64,000 nt of DNA from Azolla caroliniana (GCA_043228905.1 JBHGNT010000010.1:2418001-2482000); one strand, 5' to 3'; positions 14,306-28,883 are shown, counted from the first letter of the stretch. Notes: generated by a model from the sequence alone, not told the origin. Program-made: numbers and translations.

Positions 14306-15962
14306 GTGGTTGTTTTATTGATTGGTAAAAATCTGGCTGTTGTATGCTGATGATGGATGAACATGGAAAACTAATGTTTTAGAATCATTTTACTAAGGTT
14401 ACGTTAGTGTTTGCATAGGATTTATGTCTGCTCTTGATAATATAGATGTCTTCACAGCATGACCACATCGTGTACTTTCATGTCCTTGCATACCATTCTA
14501 GAATGCATCAGTTGACAGATTCCAAAGTATTCAAACATAGTAGTGTGTTATCTATTTTCCACTTGATGCCATGTCTTCTCAATAGAATCTATCAGTTGAG
14601 AGTGCTTGTTTGTGTGCATTTCCATAACCTTGGGTGTGTTTTCTTTATCATATTTATCTCTTGATGTGTCATAGTGCTGGTATATAGATACTTTTTCAAG
14701 AGCATAGCATTTTCCGATATCTGATTGTGCGAGTGTGGATTATTTATACTCTGACTTGATTCAAGTATGGTTGAGAATAAGTCTGCACAACGATACTCTA
14801 CGATTTCAGATATTTTTGTTATTAGATTTTGGGGCTCAAGGTGTGTTCACATAATTATGCTCGAGACCAGACTTCTGTGCTATCTGTGAGTTTCTGGTAC
14901 CAATATTGAGTCATCCAACATTAATATTCTATTTTAGCATGTAAACTTGATCTGTATTTGGCTCTATTGTCACAGCTATGTTTTAGTTGCATCAATAGTT
15001 TATGTCGTGCACATTAACTAGTGTCATCTGATAGCCTCTATTCTTTTGTCTTGTGAAAGCCATATGGTGAACATTTTAATGATTAATTCTGTATTGATTT
15101 TCTCTGTACATGTATTTTGAAGTTTTTATACCATGGGAAACGAATGAAATGGTTCAGACAGTTATTAGTAGGAATGTAATCTAGAAGATTCATGGTTTTT
15201 GTTTAAATATTCTCAAGGATCAACATTTCTAACGTAATAGAGAAGATTCATTCAAAACACTGACACATTTGAAATAAATTCAATATGTTAAGATTAATGC
15301 TCCATGTCAGATCCACTTCTGACTATTTCCAAATATGTACCATTTCTGCACTGCCCTTTCTGTAGTGCTGTCAATGAATCTGTGAAAGCTACTCAGCTCT
15401 CATTACATGAGCCACTAAGCAACACAGGCAACCAAACTCATAGCCAACAATTTGCTTATTTTTTTGGGATAGTAGGATCACTTACATATTTTGTTCTCTG
15501 TCAACGATAAATTTTTGTATTATATAAAACATATTTTCTTAATGTGGATATGAACTATGATTTAGGATGCATATTATAGTTTGAAATATATATATATATA
15601 TATGTGACTGATGGGCATGGGCATTGCTAACTAATGTAATATTGTGTGAACTTACCTAGTTTTGAGAAACCAAATTGAAAATTTATGCTAAACATGGCCT
15701 GATTTCACACCAACTCTCATTAAAACTACAAAGCTTGATACTTGAAATTAGAGTTTTTGAAGTAAAAGCTTGATACTCGAATTTACTTCGATTTTAATTT
15801 TGTCCGAGTCTTGGTTTTTTAAATGAATGTAGGTGTAGCACTACCAAATATGCGGACACAGAATGCAAAAGCTTGTTGGTCCAAAGCTCAATTGACCTCG
15901 GTTTCTTTGGATGCACCATGCCATTGAGAGAGAGAGAGAGAAGAGGAATTGATTGCTTCACC

Positions 15963-16078
15963 TAGTAGTAGGCAACGGCTCAGTTCAAGCCTAAACCGAG
16001 CCGTTAAACCGTTTTGACCAAAACCCCTAAACTGGTTTGGTTCAAGTTTGAAAACTTCCAAACCGTTGCCGATTCCTA
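15963..16078. mobile_element. Short MITE-like remnant related to the 56484-56980 element
   Basis: Imperfect TIRs (tagtagtaggcaacgg ... ccgttgccgattccta) and internal AAACCG motifs, as in the 56.5 kb MITE. No convincing TSD. Confidence 0.5.
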
Positions 16079-16261
16079 GAGCCTCCTAAAAAAACACTTG
16101 AGCCCCTCACTTTCAATATTTGAATACTATTGTGGTTTGTCGATCTCATGGTCCAATTTCATTCACTTATCTTATCTTGACTTTTAACGATTATTTTTAA
16201 CATATTGAAGCAACTCCCTACAAAAAGCAAACTTGGCAGAGCGATCTTCTGTTTTCATTGC

Positions 16262-16365
16262 ATTCAGGGTTTAGGATTCAGTGTTTAGTGTTTAGAGTGT
16301 TTTAGAGGTTGAGAGTTAAGGGTTTAGTGTTTTAGGGTTTAGAGTTTCAGGGTTCAGGGTTTAGG
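16262..16365 (+). repeat. Degenerate interstitial telomere-like tract (TTTAGGG/TTCAGGG/TTTAGAG variants)
   Basis: Run of about 14 heptamer-like units, e.g. gtttagggtttagagtttcagggttcagggtttagg. Confidence 0.7.
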
Positions 16366-16699
16366 TACAATAAGGATCAAAGTGGTTCAATTGCATATCA
16401 TGTCTCACGGGAAAATTGACATCCAACATTAGAACAAACGTATATCATCTTTATATAGAATGCCCTAATTTCGTCTCCACAGAAAACTTAACAAGTTTGT
16501 TGACATGGCAATCGAACAGGGTTTCGAGATGCATTAACAAAATACGTAGAAAGACATGATTTGAAAAATGATAGATATTGCAGGAAGCTTCTAAAAACTT
16601 TATGTAGGAAGTGGATTGAAACAGTTGAGGATGAATTACTTCAAATAGTGGTAAAACAAATATTTAGGATTAATAAGAGACCCAAATACATAAAACTGC

Positions 16700-17000
16700 A
16701 AAGGTGGTGGTGATGGCGATGGTCCATGCAGAGGATAGATCAAATACAAGAACCAGAAATGATGGTGATCCCTGCAGATGATTTGCCATTACAAAACTCA
16801 GATAGCTATCAATGTGGAGGATAGGATCATTACAAAACTCAGATCGACATCCATGATAGATGCAGAGAGGAATGACTATTTACAAAACTCGGAGATGGAT
16901 AATGGTGATCCATGTAGAGGATAGATCATTACACAACACAGATATATAAGGCCATTGTAATGGATGCAGAAAGTAAATTGGCCATTACAAAAACAGATAA
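16700..17000. repeat. Degenerate ~45-55 bp tandem repeat downstream of the LRR gene
   Basis: Recurrent gatccatgcagaggatagatc and cattacaaaactcagat segments. Confidence 0.55.
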
Positions 17001-17274
17001 TAGTAATGATGACGGATCAATCAATCACGAACCCTTCAGGATATAATCTGAACCCATCAAGAAGACAATCAAAACTCTCTGCGGATCGGAAAACCTGCAA
17101 TCTACTTACTTCACCTTTATTACTTGCCAGGAATTAGAGTAACAACATTCTGTGCTCTGTCCAGAACCTTTGCCACAATCATGTATTATAGTTTCATCAG
17201 AAAACCTGCTAAGTAGAGATGGATTTTCAGAAGTCGTGTTAAAACAAAATAATGTAAGTCAAATTAAACCAGGA

Positions 17275-18753
17275 TCAAGGAGGGGTAGAGGAATCACTGA
17301 GGTTCTGTTTCTCAATCTGATGCAAAGATGAAGAAGATGACGAAGAGACTACACATGGAGAGACGGGATCATCATCCTCTGCATTATGATAGATGATATG
17401 GTATTGGTGACGATGAGGAGAGAGATTAGAAATGGCGGACGCAGAATCAGGGTTACAACACAGACCTTCGTTGCTTCCAACACGCAGTTTTCTTCCCAAG
17501 CGTATCATGAAAGCTGCAGAGAATGGGATCTCTCCAGCGAGTTTATTTGAACTCAAATCAATCTCATAGATATGCGGGATCTGGCTTAAAGCCATGGGAA
17601 CTCCTCCTTCAAGCTTATTGCCCCTCAAATCTAAAGACCTCAGTGTCTTTACCTTCCCAATCTCTGCAGGTATTCTTCCTGTTAATCCTGATTCCGCCAT
17701 AGCCAAGCTTACAAGCTTTTCCATTTTCTCCCACATAGCTCTTGGTATCTCTGAGTTGAGGTTGTTATGGCTTAACTGAATCACCCTGAGTTGACTCAGA
17801 TTCGCCATAGCTACGTCTGGAATCTCTCCCCATAGCTGATTGGACGAAAGATCAAGAAGCCTCAGCTCCTGAGCTAAGCCTATTGTTTCAGGAATCGTAC
17901 CGGTAATGAGGTTATGACTGAGATCAAGCTTGATTAAGCTAAGCATCTCTCGCAAAAGGGACCATGGAATGGTTCCACGGATCTGGTTCGAACTCAGATC
18001 AAGGACTTTGAGCCTCTTCAGTTGGCTCAAGCTTTCTGGAATTTCACCATCGAATCGGTTATGGCTAAGCACGAGCTGTTGCAGGGACCCTAACTCGCCG
18101 ACCTCGGGGGGTATTTCTCCACCCAAACCATTCCCTGTGAGGACCAATCTCTGCAGCTTTCGAAGCTCGGATACCTGGGCAGGGAGATTGCCGACGAGTT
18201 TAGGGTTTCGGAGGAAAACGAGCTCTTCGAGGGAAGCCGACAGAGACCAAAGCACAGGCGGGAGCTCCATGGCCATAGTTGTGAAGCAGTTGTAAAAGAA
18301 GAGCTTCCGGAGGAAGGGGAATTTCTGCAGGGAAGGGCTAATGAAAGCATTCTTGCCACAGACAGGATTGTTGTCTGCGTTCGAGACCCATCCGAGGTTT
18401 ATCTCTACGATGTGATAGACATTGCTATCGTCCGGGGCACATACGAATCCATGGGGACCTTCCACGCACAGATTCCCTGCATACAGAGATCTCCATGGAA
18501 CCTCGTTGTTAATCGCCTCCAACACTTCGTAGACTGCAGTCGTTTCTTCTTCAGATACCACCATTTCCTGATCCATGGAGTAATCAGACGATGGCAAAGC
18601 ATCCACTCCAAATGGATTCATGGAAAGGTGCGTTTCTCCCATCATCATCATCATCATCATCATCATCTGAAATGCCAACAGAAGAAAATATAGCAGATTC
18701 ATAGCCTTCGATTGTTTTCTCCGCGTTGTTCGAATCACTGATGGTATTTCCAT
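17275..18753 (-). CDS. Extracellular LRR protein, PII-2/At4g28560-like receptor-like protein
   Basis: 492-aa ORF with a hydrophobic signal, a Cys-containing N-cap (VPWRSLY...LC...HGFVC...NNPVC...LRKLFFYNCFT) and about 10 plant-type LxxLxLxxNxLxGxIP repeats. Confidence 0.9.
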   Translation of the reverse strand: MEIPSVIRTTRRKQSKAMNLLYFLLLAFQMMMMMMMMMGETHLSMNPFGVDALPSSDYSMDQEMVVSEEETTAVYEVLEAINNEVPWRSLYAGNLCVEGPHGFVCAPDDSNVYHIVEINLGWVSNADNNPVCGKNAFISPSLQKFPFLRKLFFYNCFTTMAMELPPVLWSLSASLEELVFLRNPKLVGNLPAQVSELRKLQRLVLTGNGLGGEIPPEVGELGSLQQLVLSHNRFDGEIPESLSQLKRLKVLDLSSNQIRGTIPWSLLREMLSLIKLDLSHNLITGTIPETIGLAQELRLLDLSSNQLWGEIPDVAMANLSQLRVIQLSHNNLNSEIPRAMWEKMEKLVSLAMAESGLTGRIPAEIGKVKTLRSLDLRGNKLEGGVPMALSQIPHIYEIDLSSNKLAGEIPFSAAFMIRLGRKLRVGSNEGLCCNPDSASAISNLSPHRHQYHIIYHNAEDDDPVSPCVVSSSSSSSLHQIEKQNLSDSSTPP

Positions 18754-19392
18754 TGCTCTCTTGCTGCGAGCTTTACTGCAGCTCGATTGATTAATGCTAA
18801 CGAAAAATGGCCGGAGGGATGATAGGGATAGAAGAAATCGATGATGATGGATTAGAGTCGATATTGAAGAGAATTTAGATTAGACTCGGTTTATGGAGAT
18901 GGTATTCTATATCCGCTGTGGATATTTTAATTCATCCTTTCTATTTGCTCTGCTAGATATGATTTATCTGTGCAGATTTACGCATAGAAAAGAAGATGCA
19001 GATCAAGAAAGTATGTATCTCTTCAGAAAACAGGTAATAAAAAACAGATTTGAGAAGAAGAAAAAAGAAAAGTTAACGTGAAAAATAAGGGAGGAATGTT
19101 CTAGTATTATTTATTAATTGAAGCTTTTCTACGCAGTCCTGAGGAGTTATGACTGCACGCAACGAAGAAAGATGGAAATCATGGAAGGTGATGGAGACGG
19201 AGATAGAGATGGACATTGGAGATGGTGATAATGAAGGCGATGATGATGAATCATGATGATAATTATAAGTATGTAATGAAAGGGAGGAAAGAAGCAGCGC
19301 GAATATTGCAGGTAAGCTAAGCTATACGATGTGCGCATGTAGAGGGGTGGGTTAACTGTGAAGGAGGAGAACTGAGCAGAAAACGAGGGGGA

Positions 19393-19428
19393 GGGTTTAG
19401 GGGTTAGGGTTTAGGGTTAGGGTTAGGG
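19393..19428. promoter_or_regulatory. Telo-box/telomere-like tract (mixed TTTAGGG and TTAGGG) upstream of the LRR gene
   Basis: gggtttaggggttagggtttagggttagggttaggg, within a region that also carries (GT)n and (GGCTAT)n repeats. Confidence 0.6.
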
Positions 19429-20837
19429 TGGGTTTGTTTTCTGTCAGAGACAGAGATGGAGTGCAGGTTATGGCGTGGATGAAGAAGGCTGATGACGGTA
19501 TACACATACATGTGTGTGTGTGTGTGTGTGTGCTGTGTATGATGAAGAAAGCAAAGCAGAATGGGTCTCAGAGAACAGAGAAAGGAACAGGGAAGAGCAG
19601 AAAGGGGCTATGGCTATGGCTATGGCTATGGCACAGAGGCTATATAGCACTGTGCAGCTATGGCTATGGCTATGGCTATGGCGATGGTTATGGCCTATAT
19701 GACCTATGAGCCTCTCTGCACAGAGAACAGAGACACAGACAGAGACAGAGAAGTATTGAAGAAATCGAAGAAACTCATAATTCAGAAGAAGCAAAATTTT
19801 TAGTAAATAATTTATTTATTTATTTACGCTAATTTATTTATTCATTATTTTAAATTCATTTATTTATTTATTCATTTATTTATTTATTTATTTTAAATAA
19901 ATAAAAACATATATAACACTACATACACTTTATATGTTTTACTGTTGCGTATGTAGTTTACTCATTCGTTAAAATAAAAAGGTAATAATAATAATAAACT
20001 CTTTTCCGAATTTACATTTTGGGCCCCTTTTCTTTTATTTTTCTGGTGGCCGCCATTTTTCGGGCTTCGTAAGCTTTTGGGTTCGTTGTTTGTTCTAATT
20101 CGATTTTTCTTCTATAAAACTAGGAATTAAATTTCCGTTTTAATATTGGATGTAACGAATTTATATACATACATACTTCAAGCTGTGTACGTATTCACAC
20201 AAATAATTCGAGCAAATCTTATACGTACTCTATCTAAATACGGATCCAATCCCCATATACATTCATAATCGCATACGGATACGGATACGGATACATGAAG
20301 CGTATGTGTATGTATGTGTTCTGGAGAGAGGCACTCTTCTCGATGCTTTCAACCCTTTAATGATTATTTACAGAATAATATAATACGCCAGATATTAATT
20401 GTTTATTATTTGCTGTCAATTATGTGTGTATATGTGTTGAATTTCCCATTCCCTTCATTATTTATTAATACTCCCAATCAACATTATCGTTCAATTATTA
20501 ATACTCCAATTTTTTACATTATTGCTTAATTATGTTAACAGTCTCGTAATCCAATTGAATGGCCGACAAATTTTCATAAATACCTCCCCCCCCCCCCCCA
20601 AAAAACACACACACACACAATTTAGATCAAGAATATTAAGGAACGGATTTTTTTCGAAACTTTTTTGGGGTTTATTTACAACTAATTTATACTTGATTAC
20701 GATGTACAGTACGATAATCTGACTGTCAGTACACTCTACGTATACGTATACATATACGTATATACATATTATATTATGTGTATATGTATGCAGGAATTTA
20801 ACAGCCCGGGTTTCGTTCACGCAATCTTAATCAGATA

Positions 20838-21140
20838 AAGCCTCGGTAAAGTTAGACCCATGGTTTGATTAGCCCTTGGTTAAGGCGAACCCTGGTTTGG
20901 TTAGCCCTTGGTTGAGTTAACCCTGGTTTGGTTAGGCCTTGGTAAAGTTAGACCCAGAGACTGATTAGGCCTTGGTTAAGTTAACCTTGGTTTGATTAGG
21001 CCTTTGTAGGGTTAAACCATGGGTTTGTTGAAGCCTTGGTTAAGTTAACCCTGGTTTGATTAGGCCTTTGTAAAGTTAAACCATGGGTTTTTAAAGCCTG
21101 GTTTAAGCTAACCCTGGTTTGATTAGGCCTTGGTTAAGGT
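20838..21140. repeat. ~31-33 bp minisatellite, about 9 degenerate units
   Basis: Unit approximately gccttggttaagttaaccctggtttgattag. It follows a (TA/CA/TG)n tract. Confidence 0.8.
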
Positions 21141-22808
21141 TCTAGTCTATTCTTCTATCAACCAAAATTGCCTAATGGAATCAAACCATGGGCTTCAATG
21201 CACCTCTTTCCTTCTTTCACTTTCAGATGATGAATCATCTGTATCTATGTATCTATATCCCCGACCGACGTCTCTCAAATGTAGCGTCCATGGAGCAATA
21301 CATATAATGAGTGATGTGGCCAATTGGTCTATCAACACTCCCTGCCCTTCCCTCTTATTTCCCCTAGTTTCAATCTTTATCCAAGGTGACATTATGGCAT
21401 ATATATTACCTCCTACTTCAACAACCCTATAATTGTTTAGATGGCTAAGTTTTCTTGTATGCTTAAACTAAGCCTATATCATGTTACGATTTTCATTTCC
21501 CAAGTTTTGGATTGCCAGAAGTAAAATTAAAAGCACTATTATGGGTTTTGCATGAACCAAAGTACACACTTTTCATAAAACAGTGGTTAACGCAACTTAA
21601 CAACATCTATAAGAAAACTATGAGTAACTTTCATGAAGTGTACGAGCTCCCTAAACTCTGTTGAGAACTTTTTCAAGAATTGTTTGCAAAGACAATGCTA
21701 GAATCAACACAACTATGAAGTAAAGATTAAAGTTTGTGGTATGACACTAAGGAACCATCCTAGCAAAGTCTTTAAAAGTTATTTTGTGCTTTGTTTCTCT
21801 ATTGCAACTTTAGAAATGTGTAAAATGGATGCATCTAATAATAAGATAGTTGTTTTGGAGAAAAGAATTAGTTAGCTCTCAAGACAAAATGGGTTGCATT
21901 CACTAAGCTCTCGTTCCATCGAAAAAATGATTGCATTACCTTAATTATTGGCATTGCAATGAAATTGGTTTTTTCAAGTTCAACCACCTAGAGAAGGTTC
22001 CAAGTTATGATATGGATATTTGAATGGGGGGACAAATAATCCACATACATTTGAAAATTTTCATAAAAAAGTTTGTCTTCGAATTTGCATCACTTGTAAG
22101 TTTGCTCTAATATTCACGGTGCGCCTTTTAACTTACAACTCCTCGACTACAACCTTCTATGGCCATACAACGAGTTTGCCTTTGAGAAAGCATTTGCTAG
22201 AATAGCTATTGCCTCAATGAGACACGATATGGGCACACTTCTCAACAAAGATCTTATCTAATTTGGCTTTCTTCATTGATGTAAAGTAACTTATTCTATA
22301 ATTGAGCAAACACACATGTTCGAAGTCCACTTGGCACATAACTACTCTTGTCCCAATGAGTACCATCATTAGGTAACAAGAAACACCTAGCAAGGTGACC
22401 TGAGCATGTAGATAGACATACATGCCATATCTTTTCTGGCACAAACAACATACCAATTGCATAGTCGTGACATCAACACTCTCATGTACTTTCAAATGAA
22501 TGTGAGTTGGTAACCAAATTGTCTACATTGAGCATCAAGATTGCATTCTCATACACAAAATGATATTGTCGAACCATGAAAGTTGGTGATAAATGCATGA
22601 TTGTCATTGGGCTGAACTATAGTAGGTTATGCCACATGTCAAAGATGGTAATATATGATAAATCAAAGGCGACAATAGCCACAACATCTTCATCTAGTTG
22701 TATTCAACCAAGTTGTTCCTAACATAACATTGATCATGCTAACATTTCAATGTTAATGTCTCAAAGCATAGCAGTTTGGTGTTGGATTGAGGCTGGAAAG
22801 TCAGGCCC

Positions 22809-22923
22809 CCTTTGCCATAGTAAATAGTTGGCCTTTGGAAACAAATGTTTTTATGAGCCTTCTTAAGAACCTTTGCCATAGTAAATAGTTGGCCTTTGGA
22901 AACAAATGTTTTTATGAGCCTTC
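22809..22923. repeat. 61-bp period tandem duplication
   Basis: cctttgccatagtaaatagttggcctttggaaacaaatgtttttatgagccttc occurs at 22809 and 22870. Confidence 0.85.
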
Positions 22924-25900
22924 AATATTCTTAAGACACATTTAGATTCTATAACTAGTATTTTATTTTATTAAAGACCTGAATTGTGATTGGTAAAAAT
23001 GATTGGTGTTTTACATTACACTTAAAACGAAAATTTCCCAGTGTCTCAAAATCTTTCTAACTATATTGAACCAAAATGATTAGATGATTATTTAGGATTG
23101 CTTTAATTGTGAATAGTTATGGGATAGTCGAAAGTTGTCCAATGATTATTCAATATCGAAGTATGTTTTCATCGTTTTATTGAAGAATGTGTTAATTTGG
23201 AAGAATGTGTCATATCGGAATTCTATGCGTATGAGATGGAACTTCTCTTGAAGTGTTGTTTATTCCAAGGATTTACACAATCCATTGTCATCGTAATTTT
23301 CTTTTCGTGTAATCAGTTTCTCGCAGCTTTTTAGATCATGGATCATCAAGACCAAATAATGGAAGGCCTAACGATGTTATATTTCTGTCTAATCATGTTG
23401 AGAACTTTTCATAGTCAAAATAGCATTCATGTGTGAAATCGTTTGCATAAGAATCAAGGTTTTAAGGTCTATTAATTTACTAAAAAGATAAATGAGCAAT
23501 TAGCAAGGAACCGCACTATGGAAAATTGGAGAAACAATGGGACATTGTGTTAATTGCTCAACTACCAGCTTTCAAATGCATGAAATGTTTGAAAATTGGC
23601 ATATCTAAGATAGACTTCACCGGAAGCTCATTTAGGTAGGCAATGTGTGTTTGTGTGAAAATATGGCAATTTGGGTGTCTTACATGAGTTGGAAATTTAT
23701 GCTTGCAAATTTGACTTTGAAGTAAATTGCCCTCACACCTTGGCAACTCCGTGCCAATGGAGTGGGAGTTTCAAGAAAACTAACGAAATGGTGACATGTT
23801 TTACTTCTTGGTTGAAATCTTACTACAATTGTCACTCATCATGACGGTCGAGAGGACACTAGGGGGAAAGTGGAGAATTGAGGACCTTTTTGCCACCCAA
23901 AAAATCATAGCCCTCTCAACTTTTTCCGTTGGAAATTTGTAGCCAATGTAAACTACATGTGAACATTCATCACGGACTATTGAAAGGAAATAAAGTGTAG
24001 AACCACTTGTCTTGTCATGTAATGTGAGCTTAAAATCTTTTGGGTCTCAAAAACAAAATCTTTCAGAAGAGTTTGGAAAATTTGATAAAAACATGTCTTG
24101 AATTTCAAGAACACCTTATACAAGATTTGAGAACAAAACCAAGTTTAATGTACATTTCTCATTTCATCAACTTGCTCGATCTTTTCTAGCATTAACTGAG
24201 TTCCGTATTGTACTAGCCTTCCCCTTTCGACACAGTCTATGAATTTAAATTGTGCATACTTACACTATCAAAAGGTTTTCCATGCATGGGTGCTTCCGAA
24301 TTCCACATGGCACATACTATGCACCATGATAAACAATCCCTTTCAAACATGCTTTATTACTACATAATCTTTGTATTTATAAGAGAAGAGTATAAATCGA
24401 TCCAACATTAACTTAGAGCATGCATGTTTAAATATTGGAATTTATGGTGCTTGAGATGAGCTATAAAAAATGGTACTTTTCTCTTGAAGTGTTGTATATA
24501 CAATGTATATTGATTATCCATAGTTAGCAAGTTGAGAAAGATTTTTTATGTTGTGGAGACCACATAGTATATGTCCTAAAAATGCTACGTTTCTTGTTGT
24601 GAGCACTAATTATTGTAAATGTTTGCATATGCCCACATACATGAGACTCGAGAGCCTGAAATTAATCATTGGATGCCTAAAATATTTTGAGTTGTCTTAA
24701 TAAGTTGAGGACCACGTAATGATGACTCAATAAGTCCACTTCAATGCACTAGATATTGGATCTTCCAACCTGAAATGGGATATTACTATCAATATAGGCC
24801 AAGTTTTTGTTGAGTTCAAATGAAACATTACACCTTCATGATTGTACATGGAAATGGAAGGTTAACAACAAACATTGCATTACTTTCCTTCTCCTACCAT
24901 AATGCATGTGAAACGAATCTTTACATATTCCAAAAAAGTGAATGGATCTTCCGATGTACCTATTGAGTATGATTTTGGAAGCAATATGATGCAAGTTCAA
25001 CATTGGAAGGTCACAAGTGATGGGAAGTCATAATTGTTGCTAGTTGTGGTCATACGCTAGAATCAACATTGATCCTTGGTATGTAAACGCCCATTCATCC
25101 TATAATCCAATACTTGTGCACATAAAAGACTCGGCATCAAAGCAAACTTGTGATGTTTTTAATGCCTTTATCTTGATGTTGAAGTATCACTACAATGGTA
25201 AAAAAGCTCAATCAAGTTTGGTTGAGGAGAGAGGTGCACATGAAGGACTTGTATCCAATGGAAGAATTGGGGATTAACTTGTGCAATTGGAAGGACCAAA
25301 CCATGGATTAGTCATAAGTTGTGAGAACATCCAGTTGATGATCAATGACACCCCTTTAACTCAAACGACATAACCCATCTCAATGCAACAAAACTAATCA
25401 AGTAATATGTCAAACAATGTAATGTATTTGGATCATTACCATAAACCTACAACTATAGGTTGAAGTCAAAGAAAAAGTTGAAAGTTCAAGTGAACAAATT
25501 TATGGATCAAAACACAAGCTTCAAGGAAGAGGCGAAGGATACTAATTCAAATATCATAATTGTTGGAAGTAACTTAAAGCAAGATATCCAACATTAGCTA
25601 ATGCCTACCAAAGGGTATGCTTATAATGGTCAATGAAGAAGTACATCAAGGATTGGACAAGTGGAAGATGGTGACTAATCACTCATGTGATAGATAATAG
25701 AGGACCTACCATGATCCACAAGGAGCCTAATCTAATGTGGCAAATAGATTTTCCAAGACGACCAACATTCTGACAATCATGATCAATTTCATCATTCAAG
25801 ATATATACCAATTAACTATATCTAGATTAGAGCTACATAAAGTTGGATTGGATGTAGATTTGCCAACTCATGAGTATTGTTCAATGAATATCACTAACAT

Positions 25901-27039
25901 TTTGAAATCTAGAAATTTATGAATTCCATGAAAGGGATATTAGTAGGAAATTGGGATCCATACAAAGCCAAGATAAATCCGACTAACCAAATTGCTAAAA
26001 GAAGAAAACATCTATCCTAGAGGACATTCCAAAGATTTGCAAAAATGGTTGATGAGGTTGTTGATTGAATGGCTAGTGAAAGGAGAACAACCATGCCAAT
26101 GTTCATCGCATGGCATAAAAACAAGTTCCATTTGCATGGTACATTCCGAAGGGGATCTTTAATTTCCTATGAGTAACGAACAATGTCCAATTACAAACAC
26201 GCATATTTTGGGCCTTCATGCTTCACTATATCTCAATCAACATTAAGATAACAGAATGGGGAACTTAAACTAGTATTCGTTATTGAGATACTTGGTTTGT
26301 AAGACCAAGGTTGAAGGGGCACAAATTGTTGAGCTACTAAAAAACAAACAAATTTACCAATAGTTTTGAAGTAGCACATTAAAAGGAAGAAAAAAATGTC
26401 CTTTCAACGAAAATTTTAATGATCACGTAAATAAATACGATACCTATTGGTGGTGATAACATGCTCCGTGAGATTTGATCAAAGTTGTGAAGGGAGATAT
26501 TCCCAAAGGTAAAATAAAAATGTAAATTTACTATATTCTCCGAAGTGGTGATGCATTGGGTTTTTGGTACCAAATACAAAGGTTAGAGTCTAGACTATGC
26601 TTTGAGCGAAATGAAACAAAGGTGAAATTTTATGAAAAAATTATTTGAGGTTCAAGATTTCATAAGAGATGGCGTGAAATCTTTAAATTGAGAATAAACA
26701 TTTGTGTTTTACCCACATGAGCCATAATAGAACAAGGGAAGCAATTTCCTCAAAATTGTCCTCAACAATTTAAAACGACATAGGATGTTCTACATTGAAA
26801 TATAATAAGCTGATCAACTATCTTCACATTCAATAATGTTGCCTTTCTCCAAGTCTTCTTTAAAAATATCTACTCCAATCCAACCCTTCTTTCCCTTCTT
26901 TGTTTCACTAGCCCATCCTTTAAAAATTTCAAATCAAGATAAGAATCAAGTATCAAATTATCGCACAATCATGGTGAGCTCAACTATTGCTAATTCATAA
27001 CAAAACCATTATAGTGGAAGGCAAGTATCATGGAACAAG

Positions 27040-27540
27040 TACAATTTGTCCCAAGTTTTAAGTGTCTTGGTATCAATGTGCTCGCCACAAATAAATGGAG
27101 TGTATGTTTTGAGTGTAGACTTCAAGTTAGTTTTGAAAAGTTATTATATGTTGGAAAAAGAATGCAACCAAAGTGATACTCATGGATGGGAAGTGAAACT
27201 AATGTTGTTTAATACCATGGCAACACAAGTTTTGCTTTATGGAGTAAAAGTGTGAGGAGGAACCATCCCTCTTAATGCACGGAACAAGATTGAGAAAATT
27301 CAAAATATGTTTTTATGGAGACAATTGGTAGTTAGAATCACCACCTCCTATTAGGTTATGCTCTTGAAAACAAATGTTCGACCTATAGAGGTATTGATAC
27401 TACAAAGAGTACATAGATACATTACAAAAATCAAGGACATGCAAAATCATAGCTTACCACATCTTGCTTGTATAGTTGTATGTAAACTACAAAAGAATAA
27501 CAAGAGCAAAATTCTCCAATCTAGTTGGGTAGTTAACTTT
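27040..27540 (+). mobile_element. Decayed non-LTR retrotransposon (RTE/CR1-like LINE), 3' end of RT ORF
   Basis: Translation across stops and a frameshift gives VPSFKCLGINV (FKYLG-like) and KLMLFNTMATQVLLYGVKV*GG...KIEKIQNMFLWRQL...TTSY*VMLLKT, typical of the post-RT region. Confidence 0.75.
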
Positions 27541-28883
27541 TTCTATCCTTTAATTCGATTATCTACATTGTAGATAAAAATTTACAGTTCTCGTAGTAAC
27601 TTGGGCATTTGTGGAAGATCTCTTCAAGCTTTCAGGTGATGTTACGAAACAAGCAATTATTGTTTTTGGAAAAAAAAGAAGAAGAAACAAGCAATTATTG
27701 AGGAAGGTTAATGGAACCACCACTAAGGAAGAAACAAGAATGTACTAAAAGACAAATTTAAAATATTACATTGCAAACATCAATCATGAATGTTGGATTC
27801 AATATAAGGAAAGAGGGCCTATTAAGCATATTCAACCTTACCTTGTTACTAACATGAATATTAACATGAATATTGACACTCCTTCATACCTGATCACACA
27901 AGCTAGTTTTTGAATTATGGCATCAAAATCCATCAAATATAAAGGCATGTAAGTTGTGAGAGGAGGGGCTCGTAAACGCTGAATGTTGAGCTCATATGTG
28001 TATGCCTTATTCACACATCAAGATGACTTTGTGCTTTCAAAGCACAAATATCCTTTCTTAAGGAGGAGACACATCAAGAAAACTTGTGTACTACATCCCA
28101 TGGGTCAATATGGCCCATTCTATGGATGCATAAAAGTATCTGATCTAATCTAATCTCTTGTTAAAAAATGGATGAAAACTATACAAAGCATTACTAAGAA
28201 AGTATTGCAATAAACGTTTGCCATCACACCATATGAGAATCTTTCTGATGATATGCAATTACCATCATTAACAATGGTGTCAAGATAAACACAACATAAA
28301 TTGAAATATGAGTGACACATAACCAATGATGATATCAATGCAATGGATGACTGCCTATCAACTGTTGTCCTTCACCACCAATGCTTGTACACATAACATT
28401 CGTCCTGCAGTATCTCCAATGTCAGATATAGTGAGCGAAATTGCTATTCCCATATTATCTAATCATATTCAACTCGTGCATTACCTACACTAGCAAAGCT
28501 ACAATTAGTGCATAATCCCACGATAATGTATATGCTAAACTATCATCATCAAGGGTTTTTTATACAGTGGAAAGGAATTTAAGTCAAAGCAATTTATACG
28601 AACTAGGCCCACACACTTAAAGACATTACCAACCATTATGCCATTAAGTGAGTAAGCACAAGTCAATGTTCCCTTGCTAGAACAAGATGAGCACCCAAGA
28701 AAAAGATAGAGATCTACAAAAGTAAACCCATGCAAGTACATAATGACATAATACCCCTCATGGTCAATTGTATAAACATAATCATATGATGTTCCCAAAA
28801 TTCACAAAAAGGGTGTCAGTAATCATTAAACAGCTGTAGTATCTCTTTCTTACATATGGGCATATGACAGCACTGAATGGTTT

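Noticed and set aside
19428-19794. Short ORFs over (GT)n and (GGCTAT)n
   Set aside because: Simple-repeat translations in the probable 5' region of the LRR gene.
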